Origin: the human T2T-CHM13v2.0 reference genome, Homo sapiens
Direction: 5' to 3' (one strand)
DNA length: 64,000 bases
NCBI RefSeq assembly: GCF_009914755.1
Contig: NC_060938.1
Shown here: positions 14,862 through 29,432 of the stretch, in pieces
Position numbering within the stretch: position 1 is the stretch's first letter
Layout: the number at the start of each line of letters is the position of its first letter
Program-made: the position numbers and the translations under genes
Notes under the pieces: model-generated
The model's database searches: none
What the model saw: the letters and a program-made list of their open reading frames with translations, nothing else
Told to the model about the DNA's origin: nothing

Positions 14862-15934
14862 TAAGGCTGTTTCGCTCTCTTATCATTTCAATATTCTCTG
14901 GTGAAGGAAATATCTTTAAAAAGGGTCTGCTTTGGAAAAAATGTACAAAGAAAATGTAATAACTTAGCTACTGTTTCCTAAGCCATGAGCAGTGGCCTTT
15001 CATATTTGAGTCTTTGCCAGCCAGTGTTGGTCCTCTGGTTGTAACTCACAGTAGCTGCACAGACGGCCACACCATCTGACAAAACAGCGTTTTTGGGGTG
15101 CATAACCGTTTTTGATGTTTATTGGCATTTTTATTGGTCTTTTGGAGTGTAACTGCCTTTGAGCCACACTAGAAGATAAGATAAAACCAAAGTTTCCTCC
15201 GCACTTTAAGAGGCAGGGTGTTTGGTGGCTGAGGGTAGGACCTGGAGCCACACGCCAGGGTCAGATCACCCCCCATCCCCCACCCCGCCCACCCCAGGCA
15301 AGCTGAACTGTCTAGGGCATGTGACTCACTCTCTGTTTCTAGAAATGGAACGTGAAATGGGAATAATAATACAACCTACCTCTTTGGGGTTTTTTGAAAG
15401 TTAAGTGAATGCACATAAAGAACTTAAAATGGCGCCTGGAGTGTCGTGAGACTCAGTGCTCATGGTGTCTGTGGTTGTCTCTTTCGTAGGTCACGTATGG
15501 TACTCTAGGGCCCCGCCACTTAGCCATAATCTGTTTTCTTTTTCTCCAGCTGTATTATCTGTATTTGTTCATCTCAAAGCTCATCTGTCTCTCTCTCTCT
15601 CTTTTACCCAGCCTTTTCATCTCTTGCAGTTTGCTTGGCATTTCACCATTTGGAAGAAATTAGTATCATCAGTACCTCTGGAGTTTGCACTATGCTCTGC
15701 TTATAGATTGTGTATAGTTACCTGCTAAGATGGTCCTAAGCACATGTCCACGGCCTCAGTTCAGAGTATACTTAATGCTCCCTATTCAGTCTTTCTGTTC
15801 CCGTGCTCCAGTCCGTGAAGTCTAGAGTAAAATAAGAAATTGGCATTTATATACATCTCCCCTCCTCATCTTTAACTCTTTTGAAGAAGAGAGTTTTAGT
15901 ATCACATTCATAAGAAATTTCATCTTTAAAAGTT

Positions 15935-16233
15935 GGTATTACAGGCGCAGTGCCTCACACCTGTAATACCAGCACTTTGGGAGGCCAAGGTGGGCAGATC
16001 ACCTGAGGTCAGGAGTTCAAGACCAGCCTGGCCAACATGGTGAAACCCCATCTCTACTAAAAATACAAAAATTAGCCAGCGTGGTGGCGGGTGCCTGTAA
16101 TCCCAGCTACTAGGGAGGTTGAGGCAGGAGAATCACTTAAACCTGGAGACGGAGGTTGCAGTGAGCCGAGATCACGCCACTGCACACCAGCCTGGGCAGC
16201 AGAGTGAGACTCTGTCTCAAAAAAAAAAAAAAA
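15935..16233 (+). mobile_element. AluSx-like
   Basis: Alu consensus with poly-A tail. Confidence 0.92.
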
Positions 16234-16576
16234 AGTGAGCAATATCTGTGGTTAATCTCAAATAGGGTGGCTTTCCGTGTCATTTCCCTTTAGTTGTTTT
16301 TAAATGCAGATGTTGCTTTAATTAAATAATATTTGAAATAAGTGGGGTCCCAACTATAACCTTATATCTTATTGTTTTTAAATGTTGATATTTTGGTGTT
16401 TTCAGTAGAATTTGAGCTGTTAACAGTGATTAGGTTTTTTCAGTTTGTCATCGATGTATGTGACCTCGTTATAATACACATGGATTTTTGTCTGCTGGTT
16501 GTGTTACTCATGAGCAATGTGTTCTAATTATGGTATTTTAACTTATAACTTATGAAAAAGTTATGTTTCACTCTAG

Positions 16577-16678
<102 letters not shown>

Positions 16679-17141
16679 TGAGGGTGTCTGTATATGTGTG
16701 TTTACATTTGTAGACAGTTTCTGTACATGTATAATTAGGAATGGGTTGTCGGTTTTGGTTTTTTTCCCAGCTTTATGTAATTGGTCAGACTTCTCAAAGG
16801 GGGGTAGCACTTGATAATCGCTCTCTTGGAACTCTGAAGCCTTTGCATGGAGCAGTGTTCACCCTGGGCAGCCTGTGGCCCCTGGGGTCACAGAGCTGCT
16901 TTCCAGGGGGTTTGCAAGGCCGTCACTGCCTCATAAGATTACCAAGATCTAATTTACCTCTCACTGTGTGGACGTTTGCCCTGGTGGTGCAAAGGCAATG
17001 GTGAGGAATATGGCGCCTTTCTTTCATCGAGCAGGACAGCGGTGTTCAGCTAGCAACACACCAGTCTGACCCAAGAATGTCCTCGATAAAGCATGAAGTT
17101 ACTGGTTTTTTAAGTCTCAACTCTTTTGTATACCTTTTTAA

Positions 17142-17508
<367 letters not shown>

Positions 17509-17518
17509 TCCTTTTTAA

Positions 17519-18580
17519 TTTTGCGTGACGAAATGCAGAGTTCACATGAAGCCGTTCTAGCATGCTGGAGTGTGATGGCCGTCTCGAAGAAAAGCGCCCA
17601 TGTGATGTGTGAGTTATGAGCCAAAATAGCCACTTTTTCCAGGAACTTTAAATTATGAGAATAGTAATGTAAAATCATTTTTACTTGACAGAACAAAAAG
17701 CAGACAAACTGTGGATATTAAGACTTAAATATTTGGCTGATATTTTCTAGAAAATCTATGAAGTGAGCTTATCAATTGAGGGGAAAACAACTGCGACACT
17801 GTTTTTGGCCCATGGTAAAATTTGAGCTTTCAAGAAAAATTTGAACTTTGGAGAACTTTTATCTGCCAGTGTAAATGTGGCAGCTCCCAGTGCCACAGAC
17901 TCTTCTGCTGAGAGGGGTGGTGACATTAGCAAGTGGGGTTTCTTGATGTATACGGTGGAAGGTCACACACCACATGCAGCAGTGTGTTCTCAGTGACCAA
18001 CGAACGATGCTACAAACAAGCGTGGGTGAAGAGCCACCAAAGTGTAAGACACACTGCCGGGTGTTCATGTAACTGACAGGTTCATCAACATGGTTTCAGA
18101 TTCCTCATTGCAACTAATCTTTAAGGAACTATCACTTGTTGAATTTTAGCATAGGCAAAGAAGAACATCGGCAATTTTTTGAGAAGCATTGAAACCTCCC
18201 TTTTCCCACCAGACGTGTCTGTCTGAGCCTGGGGTGTTTCTTTACATATACTTGAACCAGAATAGCATATCACAGCAAGTTGAACACAGAAGCATGTCGG
18301 CAGATCCGCCTGTCTTCTGTTGAGTATTGAAGATACATGCAAAAATGTACAACATGGCCATTTTCTCGCTGGTTTCTTTTTGAAAATAAGGTTATTTTCA
18401 TAAAATATTACTTAACATGAAGTGAACCTATTGCTAATTTAATGAATAAGTAAATATTTTTAAAATTTTCAAGTATGGTCAGTATCAATGGATATAACCC
18501 CCATAATCAAAGCTCTTTAGGGTTCTCCATACTTTCTAAGAATGTAAATAGGTCTTGACACCAAAAAAATGGAAAACACG
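17519..18580. mobile_element. Charlie-like hAT DNA transposon fragment (copy A)
   Basis: Shares diverged sequence with 58900-61130 (same orientation) and 52270-53240 (opposite), e.g. CAGACAAACTGTGGATATTAAGACTTAAATATTTGGCTG vs CAGACAAACCAGTTATTCGGACTTTGAATATTTGGCAG. Confidence 0.7.
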
Positions 18581-19031
18581 TGGACTTGGAAGTTTTTCTC
18601 GAATGGGCTGGATGTGACCCTGACCCTGTTTTTACCAAGCCTCCTTGGTTTTTTCCCTCTTTTCTCTAAAAAAAAAAATAAAATAAAAATAAAAATAAAA
18701 AAAAATTAAGTAGTCAGTGGAATCATCTAAACTGGTCTCTGGGACCATGAGAGCTGAGAGCATCCGGAGCCCACCTAACCCTGAGCCTTCCTCTTGCCTT
18801 GGTCAGTTTCCTTCTTTGTTTTTCAAATCTTTTTTTAAAAGCCATTTTCAAGTAATCAATTAATATGTGAATACGGCCCCATTTACATTTTTTCTTCATT
18901 GCAAATAAAACTGAAATTTTCCCTAACCTTATCCCCTGAGATTGGTCTACCATCCCCACATCTCAAAGTGACTGCTGCCTGGAGTTTGCTGTGTGTCATT
19001 CCAGACCATTTTCTCCCTGTGGGGGGTGGGT

Positions 19032-19033
<2 letters not shown>

Positions 19034-19069
<36 letters not shown>
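19034..19069. repeat. (TG)n microsatellite
   Basis: ~17-18 TG units. Confidence 0.95.
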
Positions 19070-19071
<2 letters not shown>

Positions 19072-22000
19072 TTATCCACATAAATAATATAAATATGTAT
19101 TTATTCACAGAGTATATAGCATTTTTTGTTTCATTTCTTTAAAAAATTGACATGAGAGCAGTTTTAGTAACAAAAACCTTTTATACGTTTTTAGGATCTT
19201 GGTGGCGCTCTCGGTTCATAATGCTCTGAGTTGGTGTTACGTCATATTATCCTGTATTGTACTGTGTATACATACGTTACGTAAATGCTTAATGTGGTCT
19301 CGCATGTTTTTCTGTGAATTTGGCTTAAACTTTCAGACTAGGCATCTAGGAGGTGGCGGCAAGTGGAAGGTGGAGCTGTCACAGACACTCGGCCCCCGCA
19401 GCCTGTGCATAGGTGCTCTAGGCTAATTTTACAGGTGTGATGACCGGGCCAGAGTGAAACCATGTTGTCTGATTTTAGAACAGAGGTCACTTATGCTTCA
19501 CCAAGCTGCTGGAAATGTGGAATTTTGTTTCTCAATTATTGGACCTGGTCCTGAGGAGATGTTTCCCTTTAGAGAACATCATTGACGCTTTTAAGAGTAT
19601 TTTACTAGATGTTGAAAACGTTGAGGTCTTATTAATGTAGTGACCCCACCACCACCACCCCCTGCCCCCCCCCCCCACACACACATCCCTTGCTAAATTA
19701 TTACATCAAATCATACAGGAATCTGGCGCTATCAGAGCCAGGGTTAAGGCCTAATAGTGTCACTAGTTACTGAGCTTCTTGATTAAGTCACCTTACTTTC
19801 CTGAATCTCCAAATAAGTTACATTAAAAATGCATCTGATTAAATTACTTATTTTAGAGGGAATTGGAAGAATTCTGTGATTGGCGTTCCGATCTAATCCC
19901 CCAAAGAGAAAAACACGAACGAGAATGAACACATTTCTCCTTTTATATTATTCTTAGTTAAGAGAAATGCTCTGCCAGGAGAAAACTTAAATGACTATCC
20001 AATGGGTAGGGTTTTTTAAAAGAATCTAACCAATTCAGATACTTTTTCTTTTTACACAGTCACAAATGATGTTATGTTGATGTGTTTTTATGACTTACTC
20101 TTAAACAACATTTAAATTTAAGCCAAAGTTAAAGTTGTGATTTTGGGAAATTTTTTTACTTATCCTTCCTCTCTTCCCGACTTCCTTCCCTTAAGAACCC
20201 CATTCTTATTTTCTCATTTATATCCTGGCTGAGGCTATCAGGTATTGAAACTGGCCTTTTGAAGACATATAAACTTCTGGGGACTGACTTTTCTCATTCA
20301 AATAGTCTAATATCAGTGGATATGAATTCTGCATTTTTTTACTTCTAAATCTTATGCGTCATTTAAATGTTAACTTTCAAAATATTAATCTTGAATTTTC
20401 ACATTTTTGTGTGAGTTGGAATTATTATCCAATTAAATGAACATAAATTATACTGCCTACATAGATTGGAAAAATATCTTTTGGTGGGCCGTGTGTGTAT
20501 ATGCACCCATGTGTTTATGTAAAACCAAACATCAACTTACAAAAACCAGTTCAGTCTTATAGCCTTGTATAGTGTAACATACGGGCTGAGACATTTGCTT
20601 ATTTGAGCCTTTTCACCCTTTATTTGTAAAAAGGAGGAGAGCCTTTAAGTGAAATGTAAACTAAACTTGGAACCCCTAAAACGATTTTGAACACTACTTG
20701 ACATTTAAATGTTTATTAAAAATAAAGCAAAGTTTAAGAAGCATGTTTGGTAAAGAGTTCTTTGGCAGGAAATGGGGACCTATCAGCCAAGCTAATAGCC
20801 TTAGCTATGGCATCCATAGTAACTAAGACACGCTGCCGATGTAAATATTTATGCCAGCAAGCAGTGCTGCAGAACCCGGGCCGAGCAGTTCAGAGCAGTG
20901 AAATTAAAGCATCAGCCGCCAATGTTTGATTTATTTTGTATTATCCGGTATTCCAAGCATTACCATCATTCATCTCTTCTAGGGTTTTTCAAAATAGTTT
21001 AGCCCTAAGAACAAGAATCCTAGAAGACCAGTTTACTCGGAGTAATTCGGTACCCTCTCCCCCACAGCATGATAGATACCCAAATGAGAATAGAGAGGCT
21101 GTTATTGTTTGTCATTAGCACCCTGGAACCTTTTTCATCTTCAAAGCTCCTCGCAAAAGGGTTCATTAACCGTCGCCCTCTTTCCTGTGAGAGAGTAAAC
21201 AAGTATGATTAGTCCTACTTTGACAGCGGTGGAAACTGAAGCAGAGAGGTTCTCCAACTTGTCTGAGGTCCAAGAAGGAGCTGGTGACAGAGACCAGATA
21301 CCGGACCAGCACTTGGGTTTTCTGACTCACGGTTCTGGGCTCACCCCTCTCTGAGCATGCACTGAGCCTGCTCTTGCAGGTTTCTTTATCACAGGGATCT
21401 ATCTACACGGTACTTTCTGCTCTCAGCTTTTTACAGTGGTGTAGAGTGCAGTGCAGCTGAAACCAGGTTAGTTGATCTTATGGTGTCATCTAGAAAAACA
21501 AGAGATGCAGATTCTGGGTCACGAAGGTAAGGTTGTACTTTTAGGGTTTGTGGTTATGGATGAAATTAACTTATCTGAGCCTTACATTGTCTCACTAGGC
21601 ACAGTGCCCACTTGTTCCGTGGCACAGCCCCAGAGCTCCTGTTGAAGGAACAGACTCCAGGACTGACTTTCCACTTGATTTTCGGAGCTCGCACATCCCG
21701 AGAGATTCATGTTCAAGCTGCATTTTAGACATAGCTGGCAAGAGTATTTTCGTGGTAAACGTAAACTTACTATTGGTAAAGATTCTTAATGAGTAATTCT
21801 TAGGATTTAGTACAAAATTAGATATATTCTTTTTATTCGTAATGATATAGCATGAAGTTCTTGCGGGGTAGGAGAGAGAGGTATTCATCTGAAAACTGGC
21901 TCTGTTTTAGTGTAGACATTTGTCTACGGGGAAACAGTAGGAAAGCATCAAGAAATATTTCTTGATGTGTACAATTGAAGTGATGTTTACAATGTAGTGA

Positions 22001-22792
22001 AAAAAAAACCTATGCACGCATGTTCCTGATTTTAATAAAGCTCTGCAAAGATTTCCTTCCTCATTCTTTGCTTTTGATTCAGCATATGTGCTGTTGCTAA
22101 GTTAAGTGTTGGTAACCCTGTGTCCTTTGTTGGGCCAAACAAGGTTAAAATTAAGACGAAAAAAATTTCTGAGTTCATTTCAAATGGAAGGACAACATGA
22201 TACCTAACACAGAAGAGAACAAATTTAGTTTTGACTTTCTGCCCTATGTCCACCTAAAGCTGTATTTCACTCACTCACTAATATTTAGAAATCACCCACT
22301 TGGTGGTTGGCTCTGTGCTTAGTGCTAAGAACTGGTCGTGTTATAGGTGCTGTGGGTGCGTGTCTGCGCTGGCTTCAGGAGGAGGGAGCAGGCCCTGTGG
22401 GGCCCAGCAAGGCCTCCCAGGAGAAGCAGTGTGTTAGCTGAAGTTTAATGAACTAATTGGTGGTCCTGGGATGCAGTTGGGAAGATGGGATGATTCAGCC
22501 TGTTGGGGTATGTGTTGGGGGTGGTTGTTGCACTGTGGTGAGAAAATTCCTGGAAAAGGGTGTATGTCAAAAGGGTGTAAGTAGCATCCCTTTATGACTG
22601 ATGAAAGGAGAGCAGCCGAGAGCAGTTAAGTGGAAGGCAAGACGCAGCAGTGGCTTCTCACGCCATCTTCGTCACTACACAAGGGGAAGTTGGGCTAAGA
22701 ATAAATTTGTTTTGGTTCCAGGATGAAACTCAAGAGATACAGAAGAAACTGAAAGTGATACTTTTGGCAGAGGGATAGGATAAGAGGGTTTT

Positions 22793-22796
<4 letters not shown>

Positions 22797-22832
<36 letters not shown>
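22797..22832. repeat. (TG)n microsatellite
   Basis: ~18 GT units. Confidence 0.95.
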
Positions 22833-22833
<1 letters not shown>

Positions 22834-23619
22834 GATGAATTTATTACTTATTAAAAAAATGTAAAGAAGGCATAGCATTAAAAGTGGGAGACATATACTG
22901 ATAATGGAATCCGGGCATTGCTATCTTTCTGTGTCTTAGAAGTTACTGCTATGATTTTAGCCACTTAACTGGCTAGAACAGTTTTGAAAGGCCAAGATCA
23001 TGGGTTTAAGATTTGAGACTTGGCCAAAAGGTAGCTTTCCTAGTCCTTATCGTAGAGTGCACGCTCCCAGCTTTTGCCCAGCCTATTTGGGGTGCACACG
23101 CTCATCGATGAGGGCAACAGAACACAGCATGCAGGCGGAACTGTGCAGGTCAGTCACCACTCCACCTCCTAGCCAGGGTGTCACTCCAATTCCATCATTC
23201 AGGTTTCACTGAACTTTCATGTTGGCATTTCATTTAGTTGAATGAACCAGTTTTGTTGTATTTCAGATATTCTCACTGTGTAGTTAGCCTGTTCAGTTTT
23301 TGTAGGTGAATGGTAAAGCTGTCAAAACCAGATCTGCTGAAAACCAAAATGTTCAGTGTCATCTTCAGCAGAGGGGATTATCAGAAACTTCTGGGGCAGT
23401 AAGGGAAATTTAAGAAGGAAGTTGGGGAAGGTAGGACCTCATGGCTTTGGTTTTTCTGGTGGTCCAAGAGAGGAGGCCTCTAGAGAATTGAGGGGGAACA
23501 ATAAGTGACAAGCATGAAGAATGAAGAGGGAACTGACCAAGGATCGGTGAGAATAGGAGGTGGCCCAGAGGGCATGGTCAGATGTGGCTATCACAGCTGT
23601 CACAGCAAAGTCTTTATGT

Positions 23620-24290
23620 ACTCCGAGAACCAAGCCTTTATCATATATATGTTTTGCAGATATTTTTCTCATACTGTGGGTTGTCTTTTTCACTGTCTTG
23701 ATGGTATCATTTGCAGCACACGTTTTTAATTTAGAGGAAGACCAGTTTATCTTGATTTGTTTTCTGTCTCCTATGCTTATGGTGTCATAGCTATGAAACC
23801 ATTGTTGAATCCAGACTTACTCTTACACATTCTTCTAAGAGTTTTTTAATATGAATTCTCTTACATTTGGTCTTTGTTCCATTTCATGTTAGTTTTTATA
23901 TAGGGTGTGAGGTAAGGGTCCAACTTCCTTTATTTGCATGTGAATATCCAGTTTTCCCAGAACCATTTGTTGAAAAAACAATTATTTCCCTCATTGAATG
24001 GATTTGGCACACTTGTTGAAAGTCAATGGACCATAAAAGGGTTTATTTCTGGATTCTCTATTCCATTGGTCTGTATGTCTGTCCTTATGTCTGTACCACA
24101 CTGTCTTGATTACTGTAGCTCTGTTGTAAGCTTTAAAATCAGGAAGTGTGAACTCTCCTACTTTGTTCTTTTTTTCAAAATTGTTTTGGTATTTTGGGTC
24201 CCTTTTGGTATATTGGGTCCATTTTATTCAATGATGTAATGATATGTGTGTTTCCATATGAATTTTAGGATCAGCTTAGCAATGTTCCTT
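23620..24290 (-). mobile_element. L1M ORF2 fragment
   Basis: TATCCAGTTTTCCCAGAACCATTTGTTGAA, GTACCACACTGTCTTGATTACTGTAGCT. Confidence 0.8.
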
Positions 24291-24551
24291 GTCTCTTTCT
24301 TCTAATTCTGTAGCCTTTCCTGGGTTAGAATCAGTTAGACTAGGACTAGGACAGTGCTCCCTGGAATCTGCCCAGTAGCTGCTCTGACTGTGAGCAGAGA
24401 ACCTGTGGGCATCTGGGCACTTAGTCTGAAATGGTCCATAAGGAACCCCTAAAATGTTTAAGTTTCTGAAATCCCTGGTTGTATTGTAAAAAGCTATTTG
24501 AATTTAGTATTCTGTTTCATGATTATTATACTTAAGTGTAAAAATGTTTAA

Positions 24552-24858
<307 letters not shown>

Positions 24859-25749
24859 CTTGTTTAACATTTTTCAGCTGCATGGAAAACTGATATTCTA
24901 GGATGTATATTGCATTTATCATTTATCCTGTGGCTTTATGCACCCTCCAGAATGCATACCCCAGCATAAAAGGCCAAGTTAGGGAGAAACCTGCCTGCTG
25001 GAGTTCTTAGATTTATAAATCTTGTTTCCTTAACTGTCTGCCCTCTGACCTCTCCAGACCACAGCCAGCAGAGGAGAACTAATGGGCAGAGACAACACTG
25101 ATCTGCTGCCATCTGCACTGGGCAAGATGGCCTCACCTGACTCACAGCTGTTGCTTTCTCTCGCGAAGCTTCTACCATTTTCTGCTGATTCTTAAAATAG
25201 ATTTGGATCTTGTCAATTTTGGTCGTCAAAAAGATTGAACTTTTACAGGATGAAATCCATTATTTTCCTAAATTATCTCGTTTTGGGAAATCAGTTCTCG
25301 GCCATAAGTGCAGGCTCAGGTGTGCTAAGGAGGGCACCCCAGACACCTGTGCTGCTCTTTGACAGGACTTACCTGTCAAAGGCGAAAATAAGGGTGATGT
25401 CATGTGAGTTTTCCATTAAGCTAAATTTATTCCATGTACAGGACTATCTTTTATTCTGAAATTGTCTTCTTGTTCCCTATAACCTCATATTGGAAGTGAG
25501 ATACTGTCTTTTTGGGTATTAAAATGTCTTTTTTGTAGGATCTTTTTTTTACTGATCTTATTTGTATGTTAGGATGATAGCCCAGTGTCAGTCCTCAGGA
25601 TTCTTTATGAAATGTTCCTAGTCTGTGAAATTCTAACTCTACAATTTCAGTTTAGACCACAAATCCCAGATTTTTACCTTGTTTACATTTGTAGTTACCA
25701 CATAATATTGCAAATGATTTATGTAACCTCAAAGCCCATTTTTTTATTC

Positions 25750-25990
25750 TTTTCATGTAAAATGTCCAGAATAGGCAAATCCATAGAGACAGAAAGCAGA
25801 TTAGAGGTTGCCAGGGGCTGCGGGGAGGGAGGAAGGGGGAGTAGTTACTTACAGGGATGGGGAGTTCTTCTAGGATCATGAAAAAGGTTTGAAACTCGAC
25901 AGAGGGCTGATTGCACAACATTGTAAATGCACTAAATGCCCCTGAAGTGTACTTGAAGTGGTTCATTGTATGTTATATGAATTTTCCATT
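25750..25990 (+). mobile_element. L1MB-like 3' end fragment
   Basis: AAATGTCCAGAATAGGCAAATCCATAGAGACAGAAAGCAGATTAGAGGTTGCCAGGGGCT. Confidence 0.75.
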
Positions 25991-26245
25991 TTTTTGAAAA
26001 GCCCATTTTATTCAGTGATATAATGATATATAAGAAGACCTGAAGGTGTAGGGGGAGTGTCGTATTCAGAGGATATACATCAAGGCAAGGATACTCTGTA
26101 TGCTTGTACACACACACAAATACATATACACAAAGAACATACCTATTATTAATTTCTGTTTCTAAGTATGATCATTAGAAGCTGATTAGGTAAATAAACT
26201 TTCTGCTTTGGGACAAGCAGAAAGATTTAATTAACACTTAACTGA

Positions 26246-26562
<317 letters not shown>

Positions 26563-29209
26563 TCAAAAGATATTCTTTTTCTTACCTCAAAAACTATGTT
26601 TTCCAACTTTTCACAGTGGAAAGTTGAAGTCGTGAAAATATCCTCAGGATAAATCTGAATCGTGTTTCTTTTATTGCTGAGTCTGGTTGGCGTGTTCCTG
26701 GTATTTAGTGGAACTCTGGTCAACACAGGCTGAAGTTAGTGGGGTTCTCTCTGTGGGGTTCTAACCTTGAAATAGGAGCATGGGGCTTGCCTTCCCCTTC
26801 TCCATTCCTCCAAGAAAGAGAAAGGAAAGGAAGAGAAAAGAAAAAGCATCCTGTATTATGTGTAAGTTTGTAAGAATCCTTACTATGAGTTCTGAGTACA
26901 ACATCTTTTTAACTCTTTTCTCTCCCTCTCCTGCTTCCTTCTTCAATCTCCAGCTACCATTCATTTCCTGATTTCATTTATAGGTCTTACCAGGCAAGAA
27001 GGCCAAGCAGAAGGAACCTACATCAGGGAAGTGCTGGGCTACGGGCCCCACCTGGACTTGGGGTTCTGGGCAGCCTGAACACAGGTTTCTTAGTTTCCTG
27101 AAGTAATTGAGCTTGTTGCCTTAACTTCAGTTAAAACACTGATCGTGCTTTACTTTTAACTGAGCATTGAGACCTCTTATAATATTCCATAAGGCTGGAT
27201 ATTGTTTTGAGGAAGACGATTTTTCCTCTTAACCTTGCCTCTGTGTTTGTGTGTGTGTTTGGTCGGTGTTTAGACAGTTTTCCATGCATGGACCCTGATT
27301 ACAGCGGGAGCAGGCAACGTGAGGTGCCCGCAATCAGACATCCAGCTCCACATGGTGGCCTCCCTGCCCCCAGCTCATCCTTACGCAGTGCCTTCAAATT
27401 GAGTGTCTTCAAAGGTGCTGCTTAGTCTCACTTTGGTTGTTGTGTCGCTGTCGTATTTTTCTTTTTTCGCAGTATTGAAATGTTCACTCCTAGGGACCGA
27501 ACACTGGTTTTAGTGTCCATAGTGGCAAAAAAAAAAATTTTTTTTCAAAACTTGTTTCTATTTGGTCCTCTGTGACCCAAGTTGTTGCTTAGCTTTCCTG
27601 CCTAGTAAGAGCCAGAAACGAGATTAGGACGTGAATGGTATTTTCTGAACCCTCAGAGTGTGTACAATACCATTTTGTAAAGAAAAGCATCTATATTCAA
27701 GGTAGATCTAAATAATTCCTAGAAATGCCAAATTGTTCTCCCATTCATTTTTCAAGACAAATATGTTCTAATCCATAGGAGAGTGAGAATTTCCAAGTTC
27801 ATTAATTCGGGTTCCTGTTACCAACTCATGTTTTACAGCCCATATGAAGTTTTGTTTCACTGAAACCTTTGATTATCACAAGTAGAACTTGGGAACTCTA
27901 CACTGCTGTCTCCAGACAAGACACAGAGTTTCACTTACATTAACAAAGGATGATCCATTCAGAACTGTAAACAAATGCTACATTGTGCCCTTGGTGGTTG
28001 TGACCCGATTCAGTCCTGCTTTGAGGCTGAGGACAGCCAAGTGTTGGCCCAAATCAGCATAAATCAGAGCAACAGAAAATCCACCCGAGGTGGGGCCCTG
28101 GATTGGACGTGCTTTGGACAGCAGGTCCACAGCCTGCACCTGAATGAATCCTGAGGCGGGCTTCTGACTCTGCTCTAAACACTCATCCTGAAGTGTATCT
28201 GGATCATTTTAAGTACCACTCTAGCAGTGGTACTTAGTTACAATTAATATAAACATGTCATTCCATTAAAAGAAACCTGCAGCTTCTGTTAAGTTGGGTC
28301 AAATATAAGATACTGGGGTTTAAAGATGTAAATAGAAAATTCAGTTTCATCCAGCAAGGAATACAGAGAAGCAGCAATAGAGCCTGCCAGCCCTCGGGGA
28401 GCTTGCAGTCTAAGAGAACACAAATATGTATAATTTAAAGTAAAATGGAAGTGTCACTAAGCGGGTGAGAGGATGCAAAGATTGCCTTCAGTTAGAGTGA
28501 TAAGTAAGTTACCGTCACGGCAGCATTTGCAGGTATTGGAGCTTTATTGTAAGTTTCTTCATTCAGCAAATACTTCCGAGCACTTTTGTGTCTGATCCTG
28601 TTATAGCTGGTGGAAAATTATAGACTAACAACCCATGTGCAAATGACAACATCGTGTGGCATGTGCAGGGCTGGCAGCTACATGGGGACATTAACAGAGC
28701 CCAGCAGAAGGGCACCTCACTCCACACCTGGGGAGAAAAGAGGTGTGCTGAGTTTTGTTTATTTTTTTATTTGCACTTGTTTTACCATAAATGAAATATG
28801 ACCCTTCTTAATATGTTATCTGTGATATGTTGGCATGGATATCTTAATGTATAAAACATGCTTATATTTATATATGACATTATGTTTATTTTTGGCTACA
28901 TCCAGAAAAGAATTTGATAAGGCTTAAACTATTAAAACATGTGCAACAGGCTATTAAAGGAAACAAAATAACTAGAAGCCAGTTAGGAGGACTAGTTCAG
29001 CTTTTGAATGGAGCTATTCAACAGTTTCAGAAATTTTTTTTACGCTACTAATGGGCCAGTGGGCATAGCATCTTTTTAAGCTTCCTTCCAGTTTGTGGTA
29101 CTAAAACCATTGCAGATGCATAAAGGAAGATGCTTATCATCCTGTCTGAGTTGTAAGATGGGACACAACTCCTTATCATAGTACATTCCTTAAATAAGTA
29201 CAAGAATTA

Positions 29210-29432
29210 CAGTTGACCCTTGAACGTCACAAGTTTGAACTGCACAGGTCCACTTATATGTGGATTTTTTTCAACCAAATGCAGATTGCAAATGCACAAG
29301 ATTCGAGACCTATGTATACAGAGGGCCAACTTTTCATACGCACGGGTTCTGCGGGCCGACTGTGGGACTTGAATATGCGTGGATTTGGGTAAGCGTGGTG
29401 GTCCTAGAAGCAATCCCCAACATGGACCACTG
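29210..29432 (+). mobile_element. MER8-like (Tigger/TcMar) MITE
   Basis: Starts CAGTTGACCCTTGAAC, ends ...CACTG, flanked by TA target duplications. Confidence 0.85.

Noticed and set aside
19341-19362. CTCF-like motif CTAGGAGGTGGCGG
   Set aside because: Mismatches at core positions; cannot be supported from sequence alone
26901-27085. Long pyrimidine tract with AG acceptors as another exon
   Set aside because: No convincing donor (CAG|GTTTCT is weak) and no B56-like coding signal
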